Positions 36,360 through 48,234 of a stretch of 64,000 bases of DNA are shown here, piece after piece. Within the stretch, counting starts at the first letter, position 1. Each line of letters starts with the position of its first letter. The position numbers and the translations under genes are program-made. Source of the DNA: Felis catus (lineage: Eukaryota); assembly GCF_018350175.1 (NCBI RefSeq), contig NC_058368.1, positions 115,570,001 to 115,634,000 on the forward strand, in the 5' to 3' direction. The notes under the pieces were generated by a model. That model saw only the letters and a list, made by a program, of their open reading frames with translations, was not told where the DNA came from and made no database searches.

Positions 36360-39330
36360 GGAAGGGTGGGGTCTTTGAACCGGCGTCTAGTTCCAAGTGC
36401 CCTAGGCTGGGAGTTCCAGGCCCTAGGCGCACCAGAGCTGAGGGGCGAGGCCAAGCCCTCCCTACTGGTCCAGGTAGCTTCCGGCGTGCTTAGGCAAGGG
36501 GGCAGAGGGACCGCGGATTTCCCCGCGAGGTAGGTCGTCGAGACCAGGTCGTCACAAAATAGGGAAGGTCCTCTTATTTTTTGTAAAGTTGCGGAAAAAA
36601 GAGATGAAGACGGGGCGCGCTGGGGAGCTGAGCCCGGGCCGACCTCGTCAGAGCGTGGGGAGCTCGAGGCGCAGTGGCTGCGGCTCCGGCCTCAGAGCCT
36701 GCGGCGTCCAAGTGGCCAGAGCTGCGCTGGGAGGGAGGCGGAGGGAGGAGGGAGGGGAGCTGAGGTGGAGGCGGGCGGGCGGTCGGGGTGGGGGGGGGGG
36801 GGAGAGGAGGGAGCGTCGAGTCCGGTCCGGGTTTTGCCGGCAGCCCCCGGGCAGCGTTCAGAGCTCCTGCCCGGGCGGGCGCGCGGCGGCGGCGGCGGCA
36901 GAGGCGGCGGAGCCTGAGCGGGGATGTAGAGGCGGCGGCACTGGCGGCAGCAGAGGCGGCGGCGGCGGCAAGAGCAGGCGCCCGAGCCGAGCGAGAAGAG
37001 CGGCCGAACCTTGCCCCCCGAAGCCGGGCCCCGCGTCCCAGCCCTGCCCAGCCTGCGCCCAGCCATGCGCGCCGCCTGCTGAGTCCGGACGCCTCACGCT
37101 GCGCCCTCCGCCCGCCGCGCCGAGCTTCGCTCGGGGGTGATTAGTTGCTTTTTGTTGTTTTTTAATTTGGGCCGCGGGGAGGGGGAGGAGGGGCAGGTGC
37201 TGCAGGCTCCCCCCCCTCCCCGCCTCGGGCCAGCCGCGGCGGCGTGACTCCGGCTCCGGACCCGGGCACGGCGGGCGGCGCGGCTGGAGCGGAGCGCACC
37301 GCGGCGGTGGTGCCCAGAGCGGAGCGCAGCTCCCCGCCCCACCCCTCCCCCTCGGCCTCGCGGCGGCGGCGGCCGTGGCGGCTTGGACGACTCTGAGAGC
37401 CGGTAGGTGTCGGGCCACGGCCCTCCCCCGACCCCCCCGGAGGCCGGCCCCCTCCCCTTCCCCGCCTACCTCCCTCTCCTCCCTCGGGGCCCGGTGCGCG
37501 GCCGGGGCCGGAGTTCGCTGCAAGTCGGCGGAAAGTTTGGCGGCGCGAGCTCCCCCGAAGTTCAGGTGCGGAGAGCCAGGGACGGGAAAGGAGGGGTCCG
37601 TGTTTGGGAGGGGCGGGGGGCGCCCGCAGGCTGAGCCGCGGAGCCCTGTAGCCTGGGAGCCCTAGCGCCGGTGATCGCTCGGTGGCCGCTGCTATACTCA
37701 AGCCTCCCCAAGCCGCAGTCGGCTCGGTCGCAGATCACTGAGTACAGACAAAAAGAGGGGTTTTAGGGTCGGGGACTGCGGTTTGGGCGCCGTGGGTTGG
37801 GACCGAGGCTCTCCCTGCGGGGTACCGTCCCCTCCCCAAGTACTCGAGCTTGAGGGCGCTGGGGCGGCGGGAGCCCGGGTCCTCACCTCTTGGTGTTGGG
37901 CGGGCGCTCCGCCTGCGGGGGCGGCTGATTGGAGATATGCGGCGCGCACTCCCCCAGTCAGACCCCTCGCAGCCCTGTGTTTTGGGGGCTACAGTAACTG
38001 CTGCCCTGGACCACGCGTGGCTGAGTCTCACCCCTCCACTTGGAGGGGGCGGCGGCCACTTCTATATGTCCCCTATGGTTCCTCGCCCCCGCTGCCCGCC
38101 GGGTGCCTGGCGGGCTGATCAAGTTTGACCTTCCCCCCCCCCCCTTCTTTTTTACCGTCTAAGTATCAACCCCCACCACAACCTCCGCTCTCCGAGGCCT
38201 CTCTTTCCCGTCCTCTCCAGCCTTGGGGAGTCTTTCAGCCTGTCTCCCGAGCTCCGCGTGGCCAAGCAGCGTGCAAAGCCAGGGAGGGAGACTGGGGGTG
38301 TTCCTGTAGCTGTGGAGTGTGGGAGGCGGGTGTCCCAGGCGCCTGCCTCGCTGCTTTGGCCCCAAATTTACCCATGAAGTTCGGCCCCAAGCCCCCCTCC
38401 CCTTTGCTTCCCTAGAGCGAGGGGCTGAACCGCCGCGAGAAGAATGTGTTAATTTTCTTGCTGGGGGAAGTTGTTCTCTCCCGGAATGGGCTGCTTTCCG
38501 GCGGGGAGCGCGGGGTGCGCCTGGCTTTGTTTATTTGTAGAATCGACAGAAAGTGAGTGACCCCAGTTTTTAAATTGGGGGGCTGCCTCCGGGACCTGTC
38601 AGAAGAGCTGAAGCGCCCAATTAGGGGCAAGATAGCTTTTTTTTTTTTTTTTCTTTTTTTTTTTTTCTTTCCCGCTCGGAAGGGGTGCGCGGAGTTGGGC
38701 TGGTGCCATGGGCTGCAAGGAGGCAGCAGCAGATTTGGGGGGTTCTGTAGGGACTCATCCGTCAAGACCCACACCTCCCTTTTTCTCCCGAGACAAGGGT
38801 CTGAAGGCAGCCGCGCCCTACTTTGCCCCAGGATCCTGGGTGGTCTGCGAGTCGCATCTTCGTGTTGGGGGAGAGCTGAACCGGGATCCGGCGAGCCAGC
38901 TTCTTGACCTCCGCCTTTCCCTGAGCGGCGGGCGCTGTTCGGAGCCCTCGGTTTTGTGGTGGGCCCAGCCCCCCCGCGTTTGCTCAGGAAGCGCTGGGGA
39001 GGGGGGCTTGTGTGTTCGTTCGGCCCTCGCCCCCGCCGGAGCCGCCCCGGGCGGCTGGCAAACAGAGTCCCTTTCAAGTTTTCCGCTGGGGCCGCCTGGC
39101 GGGGGCTGCGTGCGCGGTCGCTGCGGACTTGTTTGGAGCGCTATTTGAACGCCCGGCGCCACCTCAGCTGCCCCGGCCCGCGGGGGCGGGGGTGTCCTTC
39201 CGTGCAACTGAGAGCATTTCAATTAGATGTTTTTACCGGTCGCACTGGCCTAAGCTTCGTGTGAGCCCCCTCCCGAAAGACCCCGTATCCTGGGTCCCAG
39301 CTGCCGCAGGAACCCCAGGAACTGGTACCC
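36360..39330 (+). promoter_or_regulatory. CXXC5: Large CpG-island promoter of CXXC5
   Basis: About 3 kb of very GC/CpG-rich, repeat-free DNA with GC boxes and G-tracts (36721-36810). It lies ~20 kb 3' of UBE2D2, matching the conserved UBE2D2-CXXC5 gene order. Confidence 0.85.
36840..37402 (+). other. CXXC5: CXXC5 non-coding first exon / 5' UTR (start approximate)
   Basis: Resembles the human CXXC5 5' UTR as I recall it (GGGGTGATTAGTTGCTTTTTGTTGTTTTTTAATTTGGGCCGCGG ... GCTTGGACGACTC). Ends at a CCG|GTAGGT donor at 37403. Contains (GGC)5 runs. Confidence 0.75.
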
Positions 39331-40695
39331 GAGGTCTCCTCCCAACTCTTTTTTTGAGAGCGATGAGGGGAGACTGAGGTCGGTGCTACCTACTACTGTC
39401 TAGTGTTGATTTAGCAGTTTCCCTGGATGAGACTCAAGCAGGAGCTGAGGGGGGGGGGGGGGTAATGGCCCGCTCTGCAGCTGTCACCCCCCTCCCAGAA
39501 CGGAAATCGTTCTCTCCTGGGGAGGAGGGAGAGGGGGTGATTTTTGTCCTGGGAAGGGGTGGGAACAGCTGAGGAAGGTTGGCGTCTGAGTTCTCAGTCA
39601 GCCCTGGGGAGCTTGGTAGAAGCACCCCCACCTCATCTTGGCATGAGCTGGGGCTCTCCCAGGGAAGCCCCTAAGCCAGCCTTGTGGCTCCCTCTCCAAA
39701 GCCACCTCCCTTTCCAAGGTGGGGGCAGAGGTTCCTCTGCAGAAGACAGACCCTTGGCTGGCTGGCTGTCGGTTGGCGCCTTATTTATGTGTGTATTTGG
39801 GCCCGGCTGTTTTCCCGGCTCAGCAGGTGACCCTGGCCTGGGCCTCCTATCTCTCCCCCGACAGAGCCTGTTGACTTACCCGTGGGCCAGCGGCCTCGTC
39901 TTTATCACGTGAGGCCTGGAATGTCCACCCGCCTGGGCTGGGCCGGGTGGGGGAAGGGAGAAGGAGGGGAGGATTCTGCATCCAGGGCCCAGGCCAGCAC
40001 AGGCCTCTGTTCCATGGGTTCCCACTGTAAGCCCCAACTCTTGATTCCTCTTTCTAGCTTTTTGCCTGCCTTCTACCCATTTGACAAGTATGAAACTGAG
40101 GCTTATAGGAGTGTGGCAAGCAGGGTTGTATCTGCATAAAGAACCAAGCCTCTGAGAATTAAATACCCCACCTTCTTTAGAGCCCCACCTAGCTATTTAT
40201 GGGAGAGTGGAATGGAAATGGGGGTCTCTCTGGGGGGGAGGGGTGTGGGCTGAGCTGAGGTCAGCTGACTTTTTAAGGATTCTAGATAGGTCGAAGGAAT
40301 GAGGGGGTATACTGATGAGCCAGACCCAGGCCTGCTTTCCTAGAGCCCCCTGTCTGTTGGGGTGACGATTAAGGCAGAACTAACTCCCCAGTCCTGGTGC
40401 TCTGGAGCATGGCCTTATTGGCCAGGGATGGGGCAGGGCTCATTTACTGTTATTACTGTTATTATTGTCTATTCTCTATATGTAAATAACTTATTCATTC
40501 ATTGCCCCAACATACATTTTTTGAGCACCTACTGTGTGTCAAGCCCCACCTTTCTAACTCTGCCCCTGCTTGGGAGGCAGGCCCAGGGTAGAAGCCCCTC
40601 CCTCTTTGCCCACCCACTGGGGCCTGGATTGGGGCTTCCCACCCTTTTTTTCTGGTGCTCTCCCTCCCTTATCCCTACCACCTGGTGCTGTCCTA

Positions 40696-40699
<4 letters not shown>

Positions 40700-40743
<44 letters not shown>

Positions 40744-40770
40744 TGGTGTGTGCGCGCGCGCGTGTGTGTG
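40700..40770. repeat. Compound (CT)n-(GT)n-(CG)5-(TG)n microsatellite
   Basis: Read directly from the sequence. Confidence 0.93.
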
Positions 40771-41099
40771 AAGTGTCCTTGATTAAGTGTATTAATAGTT
40801 AAACTCTCACTCATAGCTGGAACTCACCAGACCACAAAAAGCCTCCCCAGTTACTCACGCGCTACTGCCCAACAAGAATATCCCACTCAAGTTTTTTTTT
40901 TTTCTTTCTCTTACTTCCCCCTTCATTCCCCCCAACACTGAGCCCACCTCCCAGGCTACAGGCAATGAAAAAGGACTGACCCCCTCAAAGACCCAGGAAT
41001 CTCCCAGCCATTCCACCTGCCCCCTAAAGCCCAAGGCAGTGTCAGCTGCTAGATGAGGCTGTGTGGGTCTAGTCTGTTGGTCTGGGATGTGGGAAACTG

Positions 41100-41625
41100 G
41101 GTGGTGTGTGTGCTTATGACTCAGGGCATGTGGTATCTGTAAATCTGTGTGTTGAACGTGTGTCCGTCTGCCTGCCTTGGGGGGGGGGGGGTGGGAGTCT
41201 GAGCATGTGTATATTTGTGCATCAGGGCATGTGTATCTGTGGATCTAGGAGTTGTGTATGTCTGCATTGCATCTGTACATGTGTGTTTGTGAATCTGAGT
41301 ACATATCTGAAAGTTGGATTTGTCCTTGTGAATCCGGGAATGTGCATATTCTGAGTTGTGTGTGCTTAGAATTTTGGAGTGTGTACTTGTGATTTGTGTA
41401 TATCTGTGTTTTGCGTATTGTAAATCTGGGGGTGTCTGACTCCCTGAGTAGTGAATCTGAATTGGGAAAGTGGTATGTGAATCTGGGAGTGGGCATATCT
41501 GTGCTGTGCGGGCAGTGGTCTGTGTCTGTCTTTGGTGGCTGGTGTCTGTGTTCCTTTCTTTTTCTGTATCTGTCTGCCAGTCTGTCTTTCTGAGTCTCTC
41601 CCTCCCTCTTCCTCTCTGGTTGAGG

Positions 41626-41670
<45 letters not shown>
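41100..41670. repeat. Degenerate TG-rich low-complexity tract ending in a perfect (TG)n at ~41627-41669
   Basis: Read directly from the sequence. Confidence 0.8.
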
Positions 41671-42889
41671 TGTGTAGCATTGAACCTCTCCCACCCCGTC
41701 CTTCCCCTCCTCTGCCCTCCCTGGCAGTAACTGGGCAGCCTCCCCGTCTGCCTGCCTGCTGGGAGTTTTGGAAGCTGTGGAGGGAGACAGGCTGGGGCCG
41801 GGGTGACAGCGCGTATCCACGGCGATGGCAGCCTGTGATTATGGGAATAAAAGGATTTTAAGGTCATGGGTGTATTTTTTTTTTTTTTTTTGTTCTGTTT
41901 TGTTTTTCCCCCCTTTGGTGGAGCCGGTGGCAGCAAAGGGCCAGAGCTGTGTGTCTGCAGGTTGGGAGTCTGTCCCCATGCAAGTGAACATGGATATGTG
42001 GTGCTTTCCTGGAAGCATGAATACATGTGTGTACATGCATGAGCAGAGCCTGTGAAAGTATGTGTTCTACGTGTGTTCTAGCTGCCTGCTCCCCATGTGA
42101 GAGGCCACAGGGCTATTCCCTGGGGGAGAATTCCCAGGAAAACTTTTTGCTTCTGGGAGAGACATGGAGCTGGAACCCTGCAGTCCTCTATATCCTTAAG
42201 AGCCGTCTGGCCTGATCCTTGCCTACCCGACCTTCCCTCCACAGTAGGGTGTCTTTTGCCAGAGACTGGCTGGGCCCAGTCACCTGGGCCAGGCCACATC
42301 TTGGGGTGTCAGTGCCCCTGGCCCTGCTCCAGTCCCTGTAATTGCATTCTGCCGCCTAATCCCCCGCCAGCTCAATTAGATCGCAAATTCTTCTTCATTT
42401 CCTGCCTCTGATGCTGGCCTCCCTCTGGGCTCGCAGGGCCTGGGAGAGAGGGAGGGGATCCTGCCCCCCTCCTGCCCGCACCAGGGGCTCTTAGAGGGTG
42501 TGATTAGTTGCTGGCACACTGGCCCTGGGGTGCAGGTTGGAACCTTGGGGGCTGACAGGACAGCTCTGTTGGCCTTCTTTGGACTAGCCTCAGTATTCCC
42601 ATGCTGGGGGAGGGGCTTGTGTTACTGGTACATGGGCTCTAGGTAGACCAGACATCACTCTGGGCTAGGCCCCTACACACTGCCCTCACCCCGTGTCCCC
42701 ACAGGCTCTGCTCGTGTTCTGTTTCCAGAGCAGTTGCTGGTCACCCTCTGGCACAGTAGTCGTGACCTTGTTTTTGACCTTTCATTGGTGTCTGTTCTGG
42801 AGGTCAGTAGGACCACTGAGCTCTTCTCTACTGGGTCCTCTTAACTTCCTCCCTGGTCTCAAGGGAGACTCTGACCTCACCCAGACAAG

Positions 42890-43330
42890 TGTGTTTGAGC
42901 ACTGGCTCTGGAGTCACACCTCGTTCCAAATCTTGGCCACGCCACTGTCTAGCTGGGTATATGACCTTTGGTGAGTTGTGTTCTCTGTGATCCTCAGTTT
43001 CCTTATCCCTGAAATGGGATAATAAGAGTGCCTGCCTTACAAGGCCATTTTCAGATGGACACAAGGATAGTTGGTCAGTGCCCAGCACCAGTAGCTAACC
43101 CACAGCATGCAATAAAAGTTGGCTTTCCTGGTGACAAGGGCTTCATACCCCTAGTGAAAAGGAAGAAAAGAGTTGGTGGCTCACACATAGCATTTCCGTT
43201 TCCATTCTGCTCATTACCAGGTGTGTGACGTTGAGCACATCACTTTGCCTCTCTGGGTTTCTCTTCCCCATCTGTAAAATGGGACTGGTAATAGGCCTGA
43301 CCTCCTAGAACACACGGGAGGGCTATCTGC
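42890..43330. mobile_element. Two MIR SINE relics
   Basis: MIR cores CCTCAGTTTCCTTATCCCTGAAATGGGATAATAA and CCCCATCTGTAAAATGGG. Confidence 0.7.
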
Positions 43331-45309
43331 ATGCAGATGCTTGGCCCCAGCTGCCCGCCCCAGCAGGTTTTCACCATATTGGTTACCTTCCTTTTTCTTT
43401 CAGCACACCAAGCCTAGGGTGGTGTGGGACTGGTGAAGGCTCAGGCCCAGGGACAGGGGGACTGGCCAAGGTCATGAGGCCCGGGTCGGGTGGGAGGGCT
43501 AGGGGATGACCTGCTGGCTTGCTCACTCGTTTACTCGCTGGCTCAGCTGAGCTGTGAGGCATGGACTTCCCTCCCCGCTGGTCTCTGTGGAAAGTGGTGG
43601 CTTGGCTGATTTTTTTCTGTAAAGGGGAAGCTGGATGTCTACCCTCTCCTTCCCCAGGAGGCACCCGTGGCAGCGGCTGTGCTGACAGGCCTCCTGGCCT
43701 TCTTGCTCGGGTAGCTGGCAGCTCTGGAAGGCCGACTGCACACAGATCAGCCACAGGGAAGAGGGAACCGCTAAGGTCCCCTGCCATCACTCATCCCCAC
43801 GGCCCCTCCCACCCTCAGCCTGGTCCCTTTGGATAGAAAGACAGAAAGGAGCCACAGCAGGAGAGCTGGGGAGACTGGCTCTGCCGGAGGTGGTGAAGAG
43901 GGATGGGGTGTGGATAGGGGGTCAGGAGCCCTCTGCTGCAGGGTCCCAGGATCTCCCTGGCTAGTCTTCTTATTTCTATGACCTCTGTCACTCACTGGCC
44001 TAGGTTCTTTAATATTTCATGGCCTGTGGAGCCAGCCCCCTGCCCTAGCCCCCTTTGTCTGTCTGCTTACCCCCTTGGGGCATCCCTGTCGCTGAGTTGC
44101 TGAATTACTGACCCCAAGAGGCTGCCTTCCCATTCCCCCAACTGGCCCCAACACCTTCTGTACCCCTCCTGACTTGTCTCCCCACACCTCTACTTGTCAC
44201 ACCTTCCACCTCATACACATCGTCTCCCCTTCTCTGACATCTCTGACCATCTCCCTGCCCTTTTCCTCCATTTTCCTCTTTTGTTGGCCTCCTCCTCAGC
44301 GGAACAGAAACCGTGGCAACTGGTCCGTCTGCCTGCTCCCCTGTCCACCCCTTCCTGCCCCCTCCCCCTAGCTGTGCTGGGCGTGAGAGCTGGTTTTATT
44401 TATTTTTCTGTTTGTTTGGGAAGAGGGCAGTGGCAGTTCTGGGCCCTGGCTGCTGCGCTCTGCCTAGAGCGGCGGGCAGGCGGGCCGTGCTGGCCTCCCA
44501 GGAATGTGGCTGGGACGCCCCGCGCTATATTTACTCCCCTCCAGCTGCCGGCCCCAGCAGGGCAGAGCCAGGCCTGCCCGGTGGCCCTGGGGGAGCCCTG
44601 TACCCACCCTCCCCTGTCCAGCAGACCCCACGTAGCCCTTGGGCCCACCGCTCCCTCCCTTCCCTGTGACCTCTTCTGACCTCCTTGGACTCGCCTGGCC
44701 TGCCAGCAGGAACACTCATGTGCCATGCCAGTACAGACGCAAAGTGCGGGTGCTAGGGCCTGATTCCTGTGGGGCAGCACCTGGTAGCCCCACACCCCCA
44801 CCCAGGGGCCTAGCTTAGGCCTGTAATCTGGTGGCCAGAACTATGCAAAGCATCTTTCTGGGGCTCTCCCCACCAGGCCTGGTCCCTGATCTTGCCACAG
44901 TGCCCTCAGCTCTGCTGCTCAGCAATGCTGGCAGGGGTAGGGTGGGTTGGGGCCTGGGGCAGCTTTGAGCAGCTGTGTTCTGTGCACTGCTCTCCCCCTC
45001 CCACGTAATGTGCCCTCGGCTAGACCTCCCGGGTTTCTCACATAGACATCTGTGTGCACACCTGAGTGCTTGGACATACATGTGCAACACATATGAACAC
45101 ATGCTGGATTATACCTTCCTTGGAGGCAGGGCCATGCCTCCTGTCATTGATTCCCTCATTCATCAGATGCTCATGGGGTTTTGTGAGCCCGCGCCTTGCC
45201 AGCCATGCAATGGGATATGGCAGTGATTCCTTCTTGTACCCCCAGTGTCTGGCACCAGCTAAGTAATGGAAGAGCTTTAGCTTCTGCTGTAATCAATTGC
45301 TATCCCCCC

Positions 45310-45560
45310 ATTATTACTATAATAATAATAATAATAATAATAATAATTAATAAAGTTTCCACAATGGTAATGGCAATGGCTAACATCCTAAACCCTTACT
45401 GGGGCAGGCACTGTGTTAATGGCTTTCTTTAGTCCTCACAGTAGCCCAGTGGTTGGATGCTGTTAGCATCCCAGTATACAGTTGAGGAAACTGAGGCTGG
45501 ACAGTTTGTTACTTGCCCCAGGACTTGCCACTTGGGGTTGGGTCCTGGCACAGCTCTTGA
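45310..45560. mobile_element. MIR relic with adjacent (TAA)n microsatellite (~45319-45345)
   Basis: GAGGAAACTGAGGCT core and a TAA repeat. Confidence 0.7.
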
Positions 45561-48161
45561 CTGGCTGTGAACACCATGAGAGTAGACACGGTTGGTCTGC
45601 ATGTTTACTGCACCGTCCACACTGCCTGGCACACAGCAGGCACTCCCTGTGTTTGTTGACTAGAAGCCTTGCACTCCTTCTTGGGGCCCTCATACCCCTG
45701 GCAGGGGGCCTGACATGGTGTGTGTGTGGCGGGGGGCGATTGGCCAGTTGGACAAATGAATTAATGAATGATCAGATGATTCAGTGGGAATGAGTGCTCT
45801 CAAGGGACACTGGGTGGGAGATATGCTTGTGCTGGCGATTGGACTGCTATGTGGAGATCAACTGTCCCAGTAGAGGATTCTGAGAAGTGGAATGGGGGGA
45901 GGGGCTGAGAAATGTGGCCAGAGACCAGTAGGCTGCTGGGGCCTAGCCCTTGGTCCAGGTCATGTCTTCTGCCAAGATCTCGGTTTTTCCATCTGTCAAA
46001 TGGGCTTGGGAGGCTTTGTCCTCACTGGCTTTCAGTTGGCCTGGTCTGGGACTGGCCTAGGGAGCCTGAGAGGTGAGGGGACTGTGGTGGAAGGGAGGAA
46101 GCAGTGGGTGGTGAAGACAGGAAGATTAAGCGTGGAGCTTGGCTTGGAACCTGAGAAGCAGGGAGACCAGCCCTGACCTGACGCCTTGTCCTCCCTCTGA
46201 GCTGCAGGGTGGAGGTGCAGGTTCACAAACCTCTAGCTACCCACTCTTGTCAGAGCTGGGCTTCCTGACATCTGCAGTGTCAGTGGCTGTGTGTGCCATG
46301 AGGGGGTGGCCTGTCTTCCAGGACTAGATTGGCTCTATCTCCTGGCCCATAGCCGCCCCCCACCCCCATCCCCACCGCCTTTCCAGTTCCTGTTGATCCT
46401 GATGGAAGAGACCCACCCCTTCTGCATGACCCACCTTCTCCAAAGCTAGATGGGGTCTTGGTTAGCTGGGTCCATAACTCCAGTTGAGAGTGGGCTTGGC
46501 CCCCTTTCTTCCTGGGAGTGTAAGATCTTGGTGGCCTAGAATTTTTAGTCACAGGAATTTAGAATCAGAATGCTTGGAGCGGAGGGATTCTTTTCAGGAT
46601 TCTTGTCGTGTTGGGATTCTAGAATCACAGAACCATGAGTTTTACTGCAAAGGAAGCGTGAATGGTCATGTTTCAATCTTGTTTGACGCTAGGGGACAGT
46701 GAGGATCTGAGAGGAGGGGCTTCCCTGTGGTGCCCTCAAGTGACATGAGTATGTACCTGAGACAGAAACCCAGGTCTGTCTCTGATCTACCCCTCTTTGG
46801 AGATCTGGGCTGGCATGGGGAGTGGGCTGTGTGGGCCCAGTCAGGCAGCAAGGGGGTGCGGCTGGCCTGTAGGCACAGGAGGGGTCCTTGTGGCGGTGCC
46901 CACCCACCCGCTGCCCACCCGCCTGCTGCCCACGCTTCCCGAGGCACCAGTGTGAGGAGGAAATGCCGGCTGTTGCTTCCAGCGACAGCCGGCAGGGCCG
47001 GGCGGCTTCCCAGCTCCCCCTCTGATTCATGGCCGCCTGCAGCTCCCCCCTCCCCTGGGGGCCTCAGCAGCCCCATCTGTGCAATGGGGAGAGGAGGCTC
47101 TACCCCAGAGTCTAGCGTCACAAAGGCAATGAATTTGGGGCTCTTTTCAAGATCACCATGATGCTTCGAGAGTGCTGGGAGACCAGCTTGGAATAGCCAG
47201 CTGGGCGTTTGGACCCGGAGCATTGAGAAGTTCTGCTTGGAGTCAGTCATCCTAATGCCTCCTATAGTCTGAATTGGTGCTGAATTGGTTCCTGGGGCAG
47301 AAAGTGTGGTGGGTGGTAAAAGGAAGAGCACTGGATGGGAGGCTTAGGTCACTGGGCTCTCTCTTGACCTCAGTATACCCATCTGCAAAATGGAGGATGT
47401 TATTCAATGAGGTCTTATTCACTGTCAGCTCTACCTGGGTATGTGCTGGATGAGGTGCATACTGGGAATGCGGAGGCAAGTAGCAGAGTGGTGGGGCAGG
47501 GCGGGGGTCTCTTTGGCTGCAGACATGGGGCGGGAGTATGATTTGGCTGAAGGGGTGGCTCTAGGAGAAGGAATGAGGTAGGGGGGAGATAAGGAGCCTG
47601 CCAGCAAGGCAATGTCCAGCGGAAAATCCCAGCCATTCTCAGGAAGCGTTTCCTCCACCGGTCTCCTGGGAGGGAGGCAAGGCAAGCAGGAAGGCGAGTA
47701 GATGGGGGCAAACAAAGCCCCCCAGCCAGTCTGAGTGGAGATGTCCCTGGCCTGGCAGCTGGGCGGGTGTGCCCCTCGCACTGCGGGAGGGCTGGAACGC
47801 ACCCCCCACCATGCTCTGAAACTGGGCCTGTGGTGGGAGGGCCAGGGCTGCCAGGAGGGGCCGGGCCATAGTCCAGATTTCAAAGCCTTCCCCAGGGGCC
47901 TCGTGGTGCCCTCCGCCCTGTCCTGAGCTGCCGCCGCGGGGGTGGCAGATGCTGTTTCATCGGCTGAGGCAAGTGGGAGGCCTCCGGAAGGTCCTCCTGG
48001 GAGGTTCCGGGGGGCAGTGGGGGCGTCAGCAGCTGCCGCCCAGCCAGAGCTGGCTCACAGTGGCCTCCCAGGTCCCTGTGTACCCCAGGCTTGGGGCCTG
48101 GGGGAAGTGCTTTGGAATTGAGACTGGTCCCCCCTGCCTTTGCCTCACCCGCCCCCCCCCA

Positions 48162-48180
48162 ACACACACACGCACGCGCG

Positions 48181-48231
<51 letters not shown>
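48162..48231. repeat. Alternating purine-pyrimidine compound microsatellite (CA)n(CG)7(CA)n
   Basis: 70 bp of perfect R/Y alternation. Confidence 0.95.

Positions 48232-48234
<3 letters not shown>

Noticed and set aside
36589..39377. Many overlapping 100-221 aa ORFs on both strands of the CpG island
   Set aside because: Ala/Gly/Pro/Arg-rich frames are expected in GC-rich DNA. None resembles CXXC5 or another known protein.
41121..42026. Longest ORF in the track (301 aa, minus strand)
   Set aside because: It runs through the (TG)n and degenerate TG tract, giving THTHTH and poly-K low complexity. No recognisable domain; it is open because the CA-rich strand is poor in stop codons.
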